A DNA stretch of 64,000 nt from a virus (lineage: Duplodnaviria > Caudoviricetes), in IMG/VR virus record IMGVR_UViG_2731957839_000001, positions 1,546 through 65,545 of that record. The stretch is one strand, 5' to 3'. Every line of letters begins with the position of its first letter. Within the stretch, counting starts at the first letter, position 1. The translations under genes and the position numbers were made by a program. The notes beneath the pieces are model-generated. The model was not told the origin of the DNA. It did not search any database and saw nothing but the letters and a program-made list of their open reading frames with translations. Positions 27,947 through 37,303 of this stretch are shown piece by piece.

Positions 27947-29731
27947 TCATGAAGCCAAGTGCGACTTTCGCCCGCCCCCCTTCACCAATTTACCCAGCTT
28001 GTCCTTCCAACTCTTCTTCGGCGGCGCTTTGGACTCACGCGGGCGCACCAGCAGCGAGAGCATCTGGCCGATCCAGCTCATGGCATCAACGCCATCGTCG
28101 TGCAGGCCGTTGGGGAAGCGCATCATTTCCGCGACCAGTGCTGCCGTGGCGTTGCAATTCTTGCGGAAGAACACCAGACCCTGCTGCATCCTGCCCTGAA
28201 TCGAGCGGGCGCGGGCGACCTTGTCACGTTTGCCCGGGTTGAGCTCCTCGATATAGAAGCTGGTCAGACGCTCCTCGCGAATACGCGCATCGAGGAACGG
28301 CCGCAGGGTCATTTCGATGTGCCCACGCTCCAGGCCGGTGATCGATGGACGCCAGGTTTTGTAGACCTCCAGCACCTTGTCCACCAGTTCCATCGTCCCC
28401 CAGTGCCCGCGCTGGATGTCGACCACGTAGGTGTTGTCGTTCTTGTCCACGCCCACGGTGATGCCGACCGAGAAGTCGTTCTGCTCTTTCTGGCCGATCG
28501 CAAAGTCCCACGCGGTGTAGAAGTTCAGCTCCGAGTAGGCCGGGATGTCCTGAGGGCCGTACCACTGGAACATGGTTTTCTCGAAGTAGTCACCGTCGTC
28601 CGGGGTCGGGTTCTGCTGGTACAGGGCCTGCCAGTCACGCGGGCCGACGGCGCGCTTGATCCGCTCCAGGGCGTCGTTGTCATAGCGCTCGGCGTGCAGC
28701 GGGTCGTCCTTCTTGCGAAACAGCTCGTCACTGATGGCCTGCGCCGGGTACTCAACCACCACCCACTCATCGCCCTCGCCTTCGGCCTGCTTTTTCAGCA
28801 GTCGGCCAGCCAGATCATCGTCGTGCCAGCGGGTCAGAATCACCAGCACACCACCACCTGGTGCAAGACGGGTGTACGCCGTCGAGGTGTACCAGTCCCA
28901 GATCGCTTCACGGTTGGTCGCGGACTCAGCGTCCGTGCGGTTTTTGATGGGGTCATCGATGGTAAGTACGTGCGCCCCCTTACCTGTGATCGGCCCCCCT
29001 ACACCGGCTGCGGAATAGCCGCCGCCGGCCGTGGTCAGCCATTGCTCGACCGACTGGCTGTCCTTGTTTACCGCGCAGTCCGGGAACACCGCCGTGTACG
29101 ACGTGTCCTTGACCACATCACGGACTTTGCGTGAAAAGCCGTTGGCCAGGTCCTGACCGTAGGAACAACCGATGATTTCATGATCTGGATAGTTGCCCAG
29201 GTGCCAAGCTGGGAACGACCGAGAGCCGATTTCGCTTTTCCCGTGTCGCGGAGGCATAAACACCATCAACCGCGGCGATTGTTTGGCCGCCACTGCCGCG
29301 CTGAACCATTCGAGTTTGTCGCACAGGTCTTTATGGACCCAGCCGGCCTCGTATTTGTCGTTGAATCGCAGGATGAACGCCAACAGGTGCTTTTTCGCCA
29401 ATTCACGGCGAGCTAGCTCCTGTTTGGCCGCCGAAACAGCGTCCATCGCCTCATTGAGCGCAGTTTTTTCGAGCTTGGCCGCCTCGACCCTGCCCAGCGC
29501 CTTGGCTTTTTCGCTGCGGATGCGCTGCATTTCACGGCGTTTGGCCCGTAACGGGTCGTCTTTCTGCGCCTCCGCCTGCCCCCGGGGCGCTGCCGCGAGT
29601 TGGCGGGCCAAGGCCTCGCCCTGCTGGCAATAAACGCAGGTGCCGGCGGCGTTGAAGAGTGTCGCGGGATGTTCTTTGGAGCATTTGGCGCATTTGCGCA
29701 GGATCAGCGGTTTGGACCGGGCATTGATCAA
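27947..29731 (-). CDS. terL: Terminase large subunit
   Basis: MPPRHGKS Walker A, IDDPIK Walker B, TRWHDDDLAG, WDFA and HDDGVDA nuclease motifs. Confidence 0.95.
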   Translation of the reverse strand: MINARSKPLILRKCAKCSKEHPATLFNAAGTCVYCQQGEALARQLAAAPRGQAEAQKDDPLRAKRREMQRIRSEKAKALGRVEAAKLEKTALNEAMDAVSAAKQELARRELAKKHLLAFILRFNDKYEAGWVHKDLCDKLEWFSAAVAAKQSPRLMVFMPPRHGKSEIGSRSFPAWHLGNYPDHEIIGCSYGQDLANGFSRKVRDVVKDTSYTAVFPDCAVNKDSQSVEQWLTTAGGGYSAAGVGGPITGKGAHVLTIDDPIKNRTDAESATNREAIWDWYTSTAYTRLAPGGGVLVILTRWHDDDLAGRLLKKQAEGEGDEWVVVEYPAQAISDELFRKKDDPLHAERYDNDALERIKRAVGPRDWQALYQQNPTPDDGDYFEKTMFQWYGPQDIPAYSELNFYTAWDFAIGQKEQNDFSVGITVGVDKNDNTYVVDIQRGHWGTMELVDKVLEVYKTWRPSITGLERGHIEMTLRPFLDARIREERLTSFYIEELNPGKRDKVARARSIQGRMQQGLVFFRKNCNATAALVAEMMRFPNGLHDDGVDAMSWIGQMLSLLVRPRESKAPPKKSWKDKLGKLVKGGGRKSHLAS

Positions 29732-30252
29732 GGGTGAACTTCCTCAAATTCACCGTCGATGGCGCCAGGGGCGAGCTGATCCACTTTCAGCCCGGCAAGT
29801 CGGAGCAATTCAGCCACCGGCAGGTCCGCCAACTGGCGAGCCGTCACCGATTTCGGCACCTCAACCACTGGCGCCTCATTCACCCGGTGCAATTTCACCA
29901 GTGAGTCCGTGGCCTTGGTCATTTCCGCCGAGGTGCCGGCCATGTGATACGCCTGCATGTACATCGCATGGGCGTCATCGATGCCGAACTTCACTCGCTG
30001 GAGCGAACGGCCCATTTCGGCCTCGTATTTCTCCCGGTAGCCGACGATCACCTCGTCTTTGGCCCACAAAAGGCCTGTGTTGTAGCTGCATCCGGCCTGT
30101 TCACTGGCCCCGCGCACTGGCAGTCCGCCCACCAAGGCGGCGACAAACATCTTCTGCTGACTGGTAATTCGCGGTAGGTCGAGCGCCCCCGTGCGCTCAT
30201 CCGCGTCGATCGATGCAACTTGGGCATCGAGGTCCATCAAGGGGCGTGTCAT
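29728..30252 (-). CDS. terS: Terminase small subunit (probable)
   Basis: ITSQQKMFV...ASEQAGCS HTH-like; directly upstream of terL. Confidence 0.7.
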   Translation of the reverse strand: MTRPLMDLDAQVASIDADERTGALDLPRITSQQKMFVAALVGGLPVRGASEQAGCSYNTGLLWAKDEVIVGYREKYEAEMGRSLQRVKFGIDDAHAMYMQAYHMAGTSAEMTKATDSLVKLHRVNEAPVVEVPKSVTARQLADLPVAELLRLAGLKVDQLAPGAIDGEFEEVHP

Positions 30253-30280
30253 GGCAGTTCCGGGATAGAGAGATACTGCA

Positions 30281-30310
30281 ATTATACGCAATGCGATTAT
30301 TTAATCACAA
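30281..30310 (-). promoter_or_regulatory. terS promoter TTGTGA-N18-TATAAT containing operator-like site 6
   Basis: Palindrome ATTATACGCAATGCGATTATT (30281-30301) in the spacer/-10. Confidence 0.8.
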
Positions 30311-30331
30311 AAAGAAGCCCCGTTAAGGGCT
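30309..30331 (-). terminator. Intrinsic terminator insulating the terS operon
   Basis: Minus strand AGCCCTTAACGGGGCTTCTTTTT. Confidence 0.7.
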
Positions 30332-30645
30332 CAGTAGTCGTGGTGGTCGTGATAGTCGGCGTCGTAGCCGCTGTAGTCGTAGTACTCGACCCCGCCTTTG
30401 CCATCCCCGTAGGTCTCTTGGAACTGAAGCTCGCCGTTGCCCATGTTGTAGATGCCCAGGGTCTTTTGGTCAGGGCCAGGGGTCATGTCTTCCATCGACG
30501 GCAGCGGTGTGTAAGTCGCCATCTGAGGCATCGGGGCGTATTCGATCGCCCTCGGAGTTGGTAGTCCCACCGTCATGGGAATGGGGCCTGCGGCGTTCGC
30601 CAGCGGAGCCAGGGCCAGTGCGGCGAGCAGTGCGATCCTATTCAT
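30331..30645 (-). CDS. Secreted hypothetical protein
   Basis: Signal peptide MNRIALLAALALAPLANA; AGGAGG RBS; Tyr/Asp/His-rich tail. Confidence 0.65.
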   Translation of the reverse strand: MNRIALLAALALAPLANAAGPIPMTVGLPTPRAIEYAPMPQMATYTPLPSMEDMTPGPDQKTLGIYNMGNGELQFQETYGDGKGGVEYYDYSGYDADYHDHHDY

Positions 30646-30653
30646 ACGGCCTC

Positions 30654-30833
30654 CTAATGAGCGCGCTTCAAGCTTTCAGCTATGTCGAATTCGACGCCAT
30701 CGGGCGAATCGACATCCTCCAGACCTAGTTGGTCACGGAGCCAGGTTTCTCTGTCGACGCCATCAGGCGCCCGTTCGAGTAACTCGTCAATGCGCTTTTG
30801 CGCCCTCTCCCTGCGTTCCTTCATCGACGTCAT
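30654..30833 (-). CDS. Small hypothetical protein (59 aa, not in ORF track)
   Basis: Read manually: MTSMKERRERAQKRIDELLERAPDGVDRETWLRDQLG...; its stop overlaps the next RBS. Confidence 0.55.
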   Translation of the reverse strand: MTSMKERRERAQKRIDELLERAPDGVDRETWLRDQLGLEDVDSPDGVEFDIAESLKRAH

Positions 30834-31089
30834 AGCTCGCGCACCTAGCTCCTGAATTTTATAGAAATTTTTTCCTTTCGCTTTTTAGCGAGTGGCGCTT
30901 TGCCATGCGCGAAAGGTAGCGGGACAAAAGCCCAATGGCAAGTGACACAGGTCGAGGGTGGCAGGGGGGTATGGGGGGCTCGCGGTCAGGGACTCCCAAA
31001 GGGATTCGGTTTTCTGTTCCGGCCGACTCCAGTTTCAAACCCAAGGAACCTTGTTTAACCCCCCACCGGGGGGCTTCGGAGACGTACCC

Positions 31090-31449
31090 ATGATCGACTA
31101 CATCCTCGCTCTCATCAGCACCGTCATCAGCTTCAACGCTGAGTACAACGCAACGCACCTGCTACCCCTGTCGATGGCCCTGTTCATGGCATTCATCTTC
31201 ATGGTGCTCATGCCATTCATGATGTACGTGATGCGGGAGACACCAGAGCAGACCATCGAGCGTGTCACGCCCATCGTTGGTATCTACGACAACGCCTTGG
31301 CATTGGCTGCACGGCAGCATGCGGCAGGCAACTACGCACAGGCACGGTATGAGGCACGGGTGGCTGAACTGCACGCCATGCGTCAACCGTTCCTCGATGA
31401 GCTCGCTGTTGCCCAGGCCGCAGTCGCTGCCAAAGGGGCCAAACAATGA
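31090..31449 (+). CDS. Membrane-anchored hypothetical early protein
   Basis: GGAG RBS; two hydrophobic segments then helical C-terminus. Confidence 0.65.
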   Translation: MIDYILALISTVISFNAEYNATHLLPLSMALFMAFIFMVLMPFMMYVMRETPEQTIERVTPIVGIYDNALALAARQHAAGNYAQARYEARVAELHAMRQPFLDELAVAQAAVAAKGAKQ

Positions 31450-31592
31450 GCCTTGAAGCCCTGCTGTTCCAGGTGCTCTGCATCTTGACTACATGCGCCT
31501 TCGTCCTTGCATGGATCGAACGCGCACGCAATAAAAAGCCCACTCACGGTTGCACCCGTGAGCAGGCCACTCGCAATAACCCAATCCGCTAA
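31446..31592 (+). CDS. Small membrane peptide (48 aa, not in ORF track)
   Basis: MSLEALLFQVLCILTTCAFVLAWIER...; ATGA overlap with the upstream gene. Confidence 0.45.
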   Translation: MSLEALLFQVLCILTTCAFVLAWIERARNKKPTHGCTREQATRNNPIR

Positions 31593-31609
31593 GAAAAGGA
31601 AACTACACC

Positions 31610-33001
31610 ATGAAAACTATCACCATCAAAGACATCGTTGCAACCGCTCGTGGCACCGAGATCCTGCTACCGCTGCTCAATGGCGAAACCAGCATCACTG
31701 AGTGGGCGCAGTCCATTGCACTGGACAGCGTGACCACCAAGAACGGTCGCGAAATCAGCGCTGCCCGTTCGGCACTCAACGGTGCTCAGTTCGCTATGAC
31801 CAACGTGGCGATGGCGCTGCGATCAGCCACTGAGCTGGGCAAGGTGCCGTACACCCGCGCGGTGCAGGAGACCAACCGTATCTACAACATGCTCGATGGT
31901 CTGCGCAGTGCGTTCGCCGGCGTGCGTAACGAGGCGCACCGTGAGCTGACCGTGGCCGAGGTCACCCTGGCCGTTAAGGACGGTGTGTTCGACGAGCTGC
32001 AATCGACCAGCGATGCCTATACCCGCGAGGAGCTGGAGGAGCTGGCCCGCGAAGGCAGTCTGTCGTGGGAATCGATCGACGAGATCATGGACATGCAGGA
32101 GGCCAAGCAGGCCACCGGGCAGGCCGACATGATGGACAGTGACGGTAGCTGGTCGGAGAGCGAGGGCGAGTTCCGCACCTCAGTGCACACTGCGAGCCAG
32201 CTGTGGGACATGGAGCTGGTCGACATCAAGTACAGCGAATCCAGCGCCGCCAGCGTAGCCCTGATCGGGATGCAATGGCCGGTCAACAACCCACTGTGGG
32301 ATGCCCTGCTCGACCGCCTCGCCGATAGCTGGGAAGCCGGCATCGAGTACGCCGATGACAAGGAGGCCGCGGCCAAGAAAGTCGAGCGTCGTGAAGCGGT
32401 GATCGAGGACCTGCACGCCAAGCCGATGATGGCTCGCTGGGTCATCAACCACGTCACCCGTCGCGTGTTCCGTGACCAAGCGATGCTGGCCATCCGTGCC
32501 GAAGAGATCAGCGATCGCCTCGCGCACCTGGAGCGCCAGGCCATGAACGAAGAACGCTACGGTGTGCCCGCCAGCCTGACCCGCATGGGTACCGGTGAAG
32601 AAAGCGAGTACGACCGCAAGTCGTTCCTCTACTACGCCGAGCTGCTGGAAGCGGAGGCCGCCGGCAAAGCCATCCACGACACACAGATCGAGCGCGAGCG
32701 CAGCTGGGCCACCGCTCAGTTGGAAACCATCGAGTCCCTGCTGCACGGGTTGAAGTCGCTGTACACCGAGCTGCGGATGATGGACCTGGAGCTGTTCAAG
32801 CTGTGGGAGCTGTTCGCCACCGACACCATGCCGGCTCAGCCGCCGGTGTACTGGAACAAGCAAGGGCCGATCTTCGACGAAGCTGATGCCCTCGCTGCCA
32901 TCCGTGTCGAGGCCGCCATGGCCAAGCAACGTATGCGTGAAGCTGAAGGTGATGCGCTGGTCAAAGCAGCTGCCTTGGTCGAGGCCATGTTGGGCCTGTA
33001 A
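31610..33001 (+). CDS. Acidic helical hypothetical early protein
   Basis: 463 aa, AAGGA RBS, phage-like codon bias; no recognisable motif. Confidence 0.8.
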   Translation: MKTITIKDIVATARGTEILLPLLNGETSITEWAQSIALDSVTTKNGREISAARSALNGAQFAMTNVAMALRSATELGKVPYTRAVQETNRIYNMLDGLRSAFAGVRNEAHRELTVAEVTLAVKDGVFDELQSTSDAYTREELEELAREGSLSWESIDEIMDMQEAKQATGQADMMDSDGSWSESEGEFRTSVHTASQLWDMELVDIKYSESSAASVALIGMQWPVNNPLWDALLDRLADSWEAGIEYADDKEAAAKKVERREAVIEDLHAKPMMARWVINHVTRRVFRDQAMLAIRAEEISDRLAHLERQAMNEERYGVPASLTRMGTGEESEYDRKSFLYYAELLEAEAAGKAIHDTQIERERSWATAQLETIESLLHGLKSLYTELRMMDLELFKLWELFATDTMPAQPPVYWNKQGPIFDEADALAAIRVEAAMAKQRMREAEGDALVKAAALVEAMLGL

Positions 33002-33065
33002 GACCAAGTAAATTCAAACCACATCAGCCCGGGGCATTTGCCCCGGGCACTATGGAGAACTAGCC

Positions 33066-33455
33066 ATGAAAATGTCCGAACGTCGCGCTGCCTCGGCACT
33101 GCGCATCAAAGCCCTCGCCACTCAGGTTGAGGCCCCTGCCACTGCACCAAAACCACGCCTGCGTGTGTACATGGGCGGGCTGGTCACTGCCCTCGCCATG
33201 AAGATCGCCATGGGCTTGGAAACAGCCGCCGTCACCCTCGCCCGCTGGACCGAGTCCAAGGCTGAGCAACACAGCAACGGTAGCGCCTGCCCGCATTGCT
33301 CGGGCACCGGGCGCTACCGTTTCCACACTGACAGCACGCGCAACGAGCGTTGCTTTCGCTGCAACGGCAAAGGCACTTTGGATCTCAAGGACCTGGGCTT
33401 CCTGAATAAACGCCTGAGCGGCGCCGGGCCGGTGTGCTGGGTCGTCACGGCCTGA
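33066..33455 (+). CDS. DnaJ-type zinc-finger protein
   Basis: CPHCSGTG and CFRCNGKG repeats. Confidence 0.75.
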   Translation: MKMSERRAASALRIKALATQVEAPATAPKPRLRVYMGGLVTALAMKIAMGLETAAVTLARWTESKAEQHSNGSACPHCSGTGRYRFHTDSTRNERCFRCNGKGTLDLKDLGFLNKRLSGAGPVCWVVTA

Positions 33456-33715
33456 TTAACCCCGCCGAATAACCTCTGAAAGCTGCGTCTGCGGCTACCC
33501 CTGCGTCCGCGACCGCTTCTGCGTCTGCGTCGTGGTGTGGGTGTTGGGTCTTCAAAGAGCTATCAGTCGTGAGTGGTCGTGTGTGGTCGGACCAATGACG
33601 AGTGATTGCACGCTGTGAGGTGTCGAAGGTCGAAGGTCAATCGACACAGGTCAAGGGCACTGAGCAAAAGCCCTAAGTCGGCCGTTACTGGACACGAGCC
33701 GAGGTGGGTGGGAAA

Positions 33716-33736
33716 GTTACTCGCAATGCGATTCAA
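33716..33736. promoter_or_regulatory. Palindromic operator-like site 7 (abuts RBS)
   Basis: GTTACTCGCAATGCGATTCAA followed by AGGAGGA-TTT-ATG. Confidence 0.6.
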
Positions 33737-33746
33737 AGGAGGATTT

Positions 33747-34118
33747 ATGCGCTTCAACGACATTCGCTGGGAGCACTTGGCGGCAATACACAAGGCATTG
33801 CGCCATGGGGCCAGTGTCCCGGATGCCTTGACCGAGGTCGGGCTGACCCCGGCGCTGTGGCGCAGGTTGCGCGGCGATTGGCACGCGACGTGTGCTCACC
33901 TGGCATCGGTCGATCCTACCGGGCACCCGGTCGAGGTGGCCGACATCGACGTGCTGATCAGCGAGCGACGTGGGTTGGGTGGCCGCCTGCCCGGCTCCCT
34001 GGACCTGCGACCTCGTGCCCCTCGTCACACCAAAGGGCGGCCTTTGCCCACGCTCCAGGTCCAAGACAGCTCGTTCTGTGTCGAAGGTGGGGTGTTCTAC
34101 ATCGAGGACGAGGGCTAG
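33747..34118 (+). CDS. Hypothetical protein
   Basis: Strong RBS before MRFNDIRW. Confidence 0.55.
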   Translation: MRFNDIRWEHLAAIHKALRHGASVPDALTEVGLTPALWRRLRGDWHATCAHLASVDPTGHPVEVADIDVLISERRGLGGRLPGSLDLRPRAPRHTKGRPLPTLQVQDSSFCVEGGVFYIEDEG

Positions 34119-34173
34119 CCGTCGGGGTAAAAAGTCGCATGGCGAGTGACGAAGGGCGGTCGGCAGGGGGTTT

Positions 34174-34554
34174 TGTCCCGATCTTTAAACGCTGTCCCAA
34201 TCTTGTTTTTCGACCAAATCGGCTACAGGCCACGTAATCCGTGGCTTCCAGCCATTTTAAGGCGCTGTCCCGATCTTGAGTTCCGCTCTGCACCTATAAA
34301 ATGATTTGTTAATGTTTTGTGATTATTTGCGCCCTAAACCACGGGCTCGGTAGGCGGTAGCACCCTGTGCCCTATTGCATGCTACAAATACACAAATCAT
34401 TTTATAAACTCTGACCCCCCCTAAAAAGAACGGGACAACGGGACAAGAAAGCTACAAGCCATGGAACACGCGGCCTCCAGCTGTCCCGATCTTCAAAACG
34501 GTTCACCTCAAGATCGGGACACCCCCCAAAGTACGGGACAACTGTCCCGATCTT
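34174..34554. repeat. Iteron-like repeat cluster, candidate replication origin
   Basis: TGTCCCGATCTT at 34174, 34193 (1 mismatch), 34266, 34482, 34543, inverted at 34510; CGGGACA at 34431, 34439, 34534; perfect 15-bp IR TATAAAATGATTTGT (34295-34309 / 34392-34406). Confidence 0.75.
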
Positions 34555-34614
34555 AAGGTTATTGGAAGCCAGTCGAGGATCATTTGCCCTCCGATCCAGT
34601 AAGGAAGTCCTACC

Positions 34615-35010
34615 ATGACTCGCATCAACATCACTACCCCACACGCCCGCTTCTATCTCAATTATCCATCCGACGGAAGCATCGGTCCCATCACCGAATG
34701 GCTCGACCGCTATGTGTCCTCGCACCCGATGCACAGCGTCTTCGCGTGCGTTGGAGAGGGCATCTATTTCGAAGAAGGCCCCGAGGGCATCACCCCAGGT
34801 ATCTGGACGCATACTCCATTGCCCCTCGGCATGGACATTCTGGCAACCCAAGAGCGCTTTGAAAATCGGGCCATGATACTGCTCAGCAAGGAAAATGGCG
34901 CCGTGGACCTCGCGAAAGACCCGAGTGATGGACGCTACTTTTCCGCTGCTATGAATGCCGCGTGGATAATGTACGTCGACCTGGATGTTGAACACTTCAT
35001 CCGTCGCTAA
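34615..35010 (+). CDS. Hypothetical protein
   Basis: AAGGA RBS; 131 aa. Confidence 0.65.
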   Translation: MTRINITTPHARFYLNYPSDGSIGPITEWLDRYVSSHPMHSVFACVGEGIYFEEGPEGITPGIWTHTPLPLGMDILATQERFENRAMILLSKENGAVDLAKDPSDGRYFSAAMNAAWIMYVDLDVEHFIRR

Positions 35011-35058
35011 CACGCTCTGCATCCGCCCGGTTACTCACTAGGCGGCTCCACGCAAAAT

Positions 35059-35097
35059 AAAACACGCATTGCGTATTAATCGCTGTGCGAGTACGAT
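35059..35097 (+). promoter_or_regulatory. Early promoter TTGCGT-N17-TACGAT with operator-like site 8 over the -35
   Basis: AAAACACGCATTGCGTATTAA (35059-35079). Confidence 0.75.
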
Positions 35098-35128
35098 CGC
35101 CTCCGCTTCAAACTCAAGGAATCGACGA

Positions 35129-35482
35129 ATGCAATCACAGACCCTGATTAACCTGACCCCTCACCCGCTTGTCCTGCTGTGTGTCACCGGCACGCAGCGC
35201 GTGCACCAGTCCGGCAACATCGCTCGCGTGCGCCACGAACAGGTGGCCCTCGACCCGGTCGGCGGCATCCCCGTCTACACCACCGCGTACAAGGAAATTG
35301 AAGGCCTGCCCGAGCCCCAGGACGGTGTGACCTTCATCGTCAGCTCCCTGATCCAGCACGCCCTCAAGCAGCAAGGCATTGAGCGCCCCGATGTGCTTTC
35401 CCCTGGCACCGGCCCAAACGACTCCGCGGTGAAAGAAAACAACCGCATCGTCGCCGTCACTCGCTTGGTGAAGATTCAATGA
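35129..35482 (+). CDS. Conserved phage hypothetical (INLTPH family)
   Basis: LINLTPHPL...GLPEPQDGVTFIVSS...RPDVLSPGTG. Confidence 0.75.
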   Translation: MQSQTLINLTPHPLVLLCVTGTQRVHQSGNIARVRHEQVALDPVGGIPVYTTAYKEIEGLPEPQDGVTFIVSSLIQHALKQQGIERPDVLSPGTGPNDSAVKENNRIVAVTRLVKIQ

Positions 35483-35781
35483 GCCTGCCCCCGATCTACA
35501 TCGCTTATGACCTGATGACCCGTCAGTTCTATCACGACGACGGCGGTGACAGCCGCGACAGTGAACGCCTGCTGATCGCCAGCACCGACCTCGACCTGCT
35601 GCGCAGCACGATCAACGCGCACTATGCCGAGCCTGATCGGGTCCGCAGCCACTACGGCACCACGTTGTTCATCCCCACCGGCAAGATGAAATCCAATCGC
35701 TGGTCTGGAAGCGGCGGCGGCTGTATGGCCAGCGGCCACATCGAGATCCGCAAACTCAACCAACTGGCGTTCGCATCATGA
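35479..35781 (+). CDS. Hypothetical protein
   Basis: ATGA-coupled on both sides. Confidence 0.65.
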   Translation: MSLPPIYIAYDLMTRQFYHDDGGDSRDSERLLIASTDLDLLRSTINAHYAEPDRVRSHYGTTLFIPTGKMKSNRWSGSGGGCMASGHIEIRKLNQLAFAS

Positions 35782-36191
35782 CCCTCGTCACTCGGCCGAC
35801 CGCCGAGCTCGAAGGCCCCGCGCTGGATTGGGCAGTGGCCAGAGTCGAGGGGCATTCATTGCCACCGTTCCCGGGCCGATCCGGCATCAAACAGTGCTGG
35901 ATCAACGTAGGCCCAGCGACTCACGACGTGTTTGCCCCGTCCACCGACTGGCAGCAAGGTGGTCCGCTGATCGAGAAACACAACCTGACCATCGAACGCC
36001 CGATCGAGATGCGCGGTTGTGCAGTGACCGGCTTCCACGACTGGCGCGCGGACCACCCGAAGAACTTCGGCGGGCTAATTCGCTACTCCGGTAGGGGGAA
36101 AACCGCATTGATCGCCGCCTGTCGCGCCATCGTTGCCAGCAAGCTGGGCGACACGGTGCAGGTGCCAGAGGAGTTGCTCACGTGCGCGTGA
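35778..36191 (+). CDS. NinX-family (DUF2591) protein
   Basis: ELEGPALDWAVA...PSTDWQQGGPLIEK...TALIAACRAIVASKLG. Confidence 0.85.
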   Translation: MTLVTRPTAELEGPALDWAVARVEGHSLPPFPGRSGIKQCWINVGPATHDVFAPSTDWQQGGPLIEKHNLTIERPIEMRGCAVTGFHDWRADHPKNFGGLIRYSGRGKTALIAACRAIVASKLGDTVQVPEELLTCA

Positions 36192-36373
36192 TCATCACCC
36201 TTGATCGCTACGACGGCGCCCAAGGCAAGCAGCTCACCCTCGACCTCGCCGAGATCAGCCTAAACCAACTGACTTTCTACCTCATGGAAGCCAGCGTGTG
36301 CGGCGTGACCATCACCAAGGACAAACCGCTCGCTACGGTGTGCGAACGGCTCATGAAAGAGGACACCAAGTAA
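36182..36373 (+). CDS. Hypothetical protein
   Basis: GAGGAG RBS with GTG start; tight packing. Confidence 0.55.
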   Translation: MRVIITLDRYDGAQGKQLTLDLAEISLNQLTFYLMEASVCGVTITKDKPLATVCERLMKEDTK

Positions 36374-36718
36374 ATGAATTTCTCCACCCAGCTCCAGGAC
36401 ATCCGTCAATCGGCCGAGGCCATTGGCCAACGCATCACCGCCTTGCAAGCCCGGGGCGAGCTCGATCGTCGCGGCTCGATGAACCCGAACGAACCGCTGC
36501 GCCACCACAAACGCGGGCCACTGCTTGCGATCAAGCCGCACGCGTATCGCTTCAGCTTCAGCACCACCCCAACCAGCAACAGCACGGATCGGCCGGTGTA
36601 CGCCTGCAAGATCATGGGCGGGCTCAATGAGCTCGATGCCGAAACACACCTGCGCCAGTTCTTGCGCACCCAGGGCCTGCACCTGCGATCGATCCTCGCC
36701 ACGGAGAAATTGCGATGA
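36374..36718 (+). CDS. Hypothetical protein
   Basis: Operon packing. Confidence 0.6.
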   Translation: MNFSTQLQDIRQSAEAIGQRITALQARGELDRRGSMNPNEPLRHHKRGPLLAIKPHAYRFSFSTTPTSNSTDRPVYACKIMGGLNELDAETHLRQFLRTQGLHLRSILATEKLR

Positions 36719-37227
36719 ACGAAAGCAGACAACAACAGCTCCTCGCCAGCCAATCCGGTTTGGCCCGCAAGGTGTATGAGGCGGTACCGATCCAGGCCTG
36801 TTGGAGCGAGACCACCATCCTCAACGCTGCACGCCTGACCGGGGTAAACACCGCCCCGCATGTCATTCGTGCCTGCCTGCGCGACATGAAAGACAGCGGC
36901 CTGATCCGTGAACCCACTCGCGGCGAGTTCCAGCGTGAAACGGTCACCATCAAAGCACCCAAGCCTACTAAGCCAATATTGAGCAAACCTGCTATGACCA
37001 CCAAGCAACCTGAAACCGTGAAATCTCCAGTCTCGCCCATCGATCTGCTGTCCGAGGTCTCCACTGAGTTGGCCAGCATCGGTACCGAGTTCCTCCTGCG
37101 CATGCAGCTGCTGTCCACCCGCGTCGACGAGTTGGCCCTGTCGATCGAAGCGCAGCGCGAGACCGATGCCACCGCCATGGCCAAGGCGCACCAGCTCCAG
37201 GCCTTGCTCAAAGAGTTCGCAGCGTGA
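36715..37227 (+). CDS. Winged-helix-like hypothetical protein with coiled coil
   Basis: ARKVYEAVPIQACWS...CLRDMKDSGLIRE. Confidence 0.7.
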   Translation: MNESRQQQLLASQSGLARKVYEAVPIQACWSETTILNAARLTGVNTAPHVIRACLRDMKDSGLIREPTRGEFQRETVTIKAPKPTKPILSKPAMTTKQPETVKSPVSPIDLLSEVSTELASIGTEFLLRMQLLSTRVDELALSIEAQRETDATAMAKAHQLQALLKEFAA

Positions 37228-37303
37228 TCAACGTCGACACCGTAATCACGCTGCTGGTGATTCTGGTGATCGCCATACTGTTTCCGCCCCCGAGACCTCG
37301 GCC

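Noticed and set aside
34402-35022. 206-aa minus-strand ORF over the iteron region
   Set aside because: Antisense to 34615-35010 and runs through non-coding repeats
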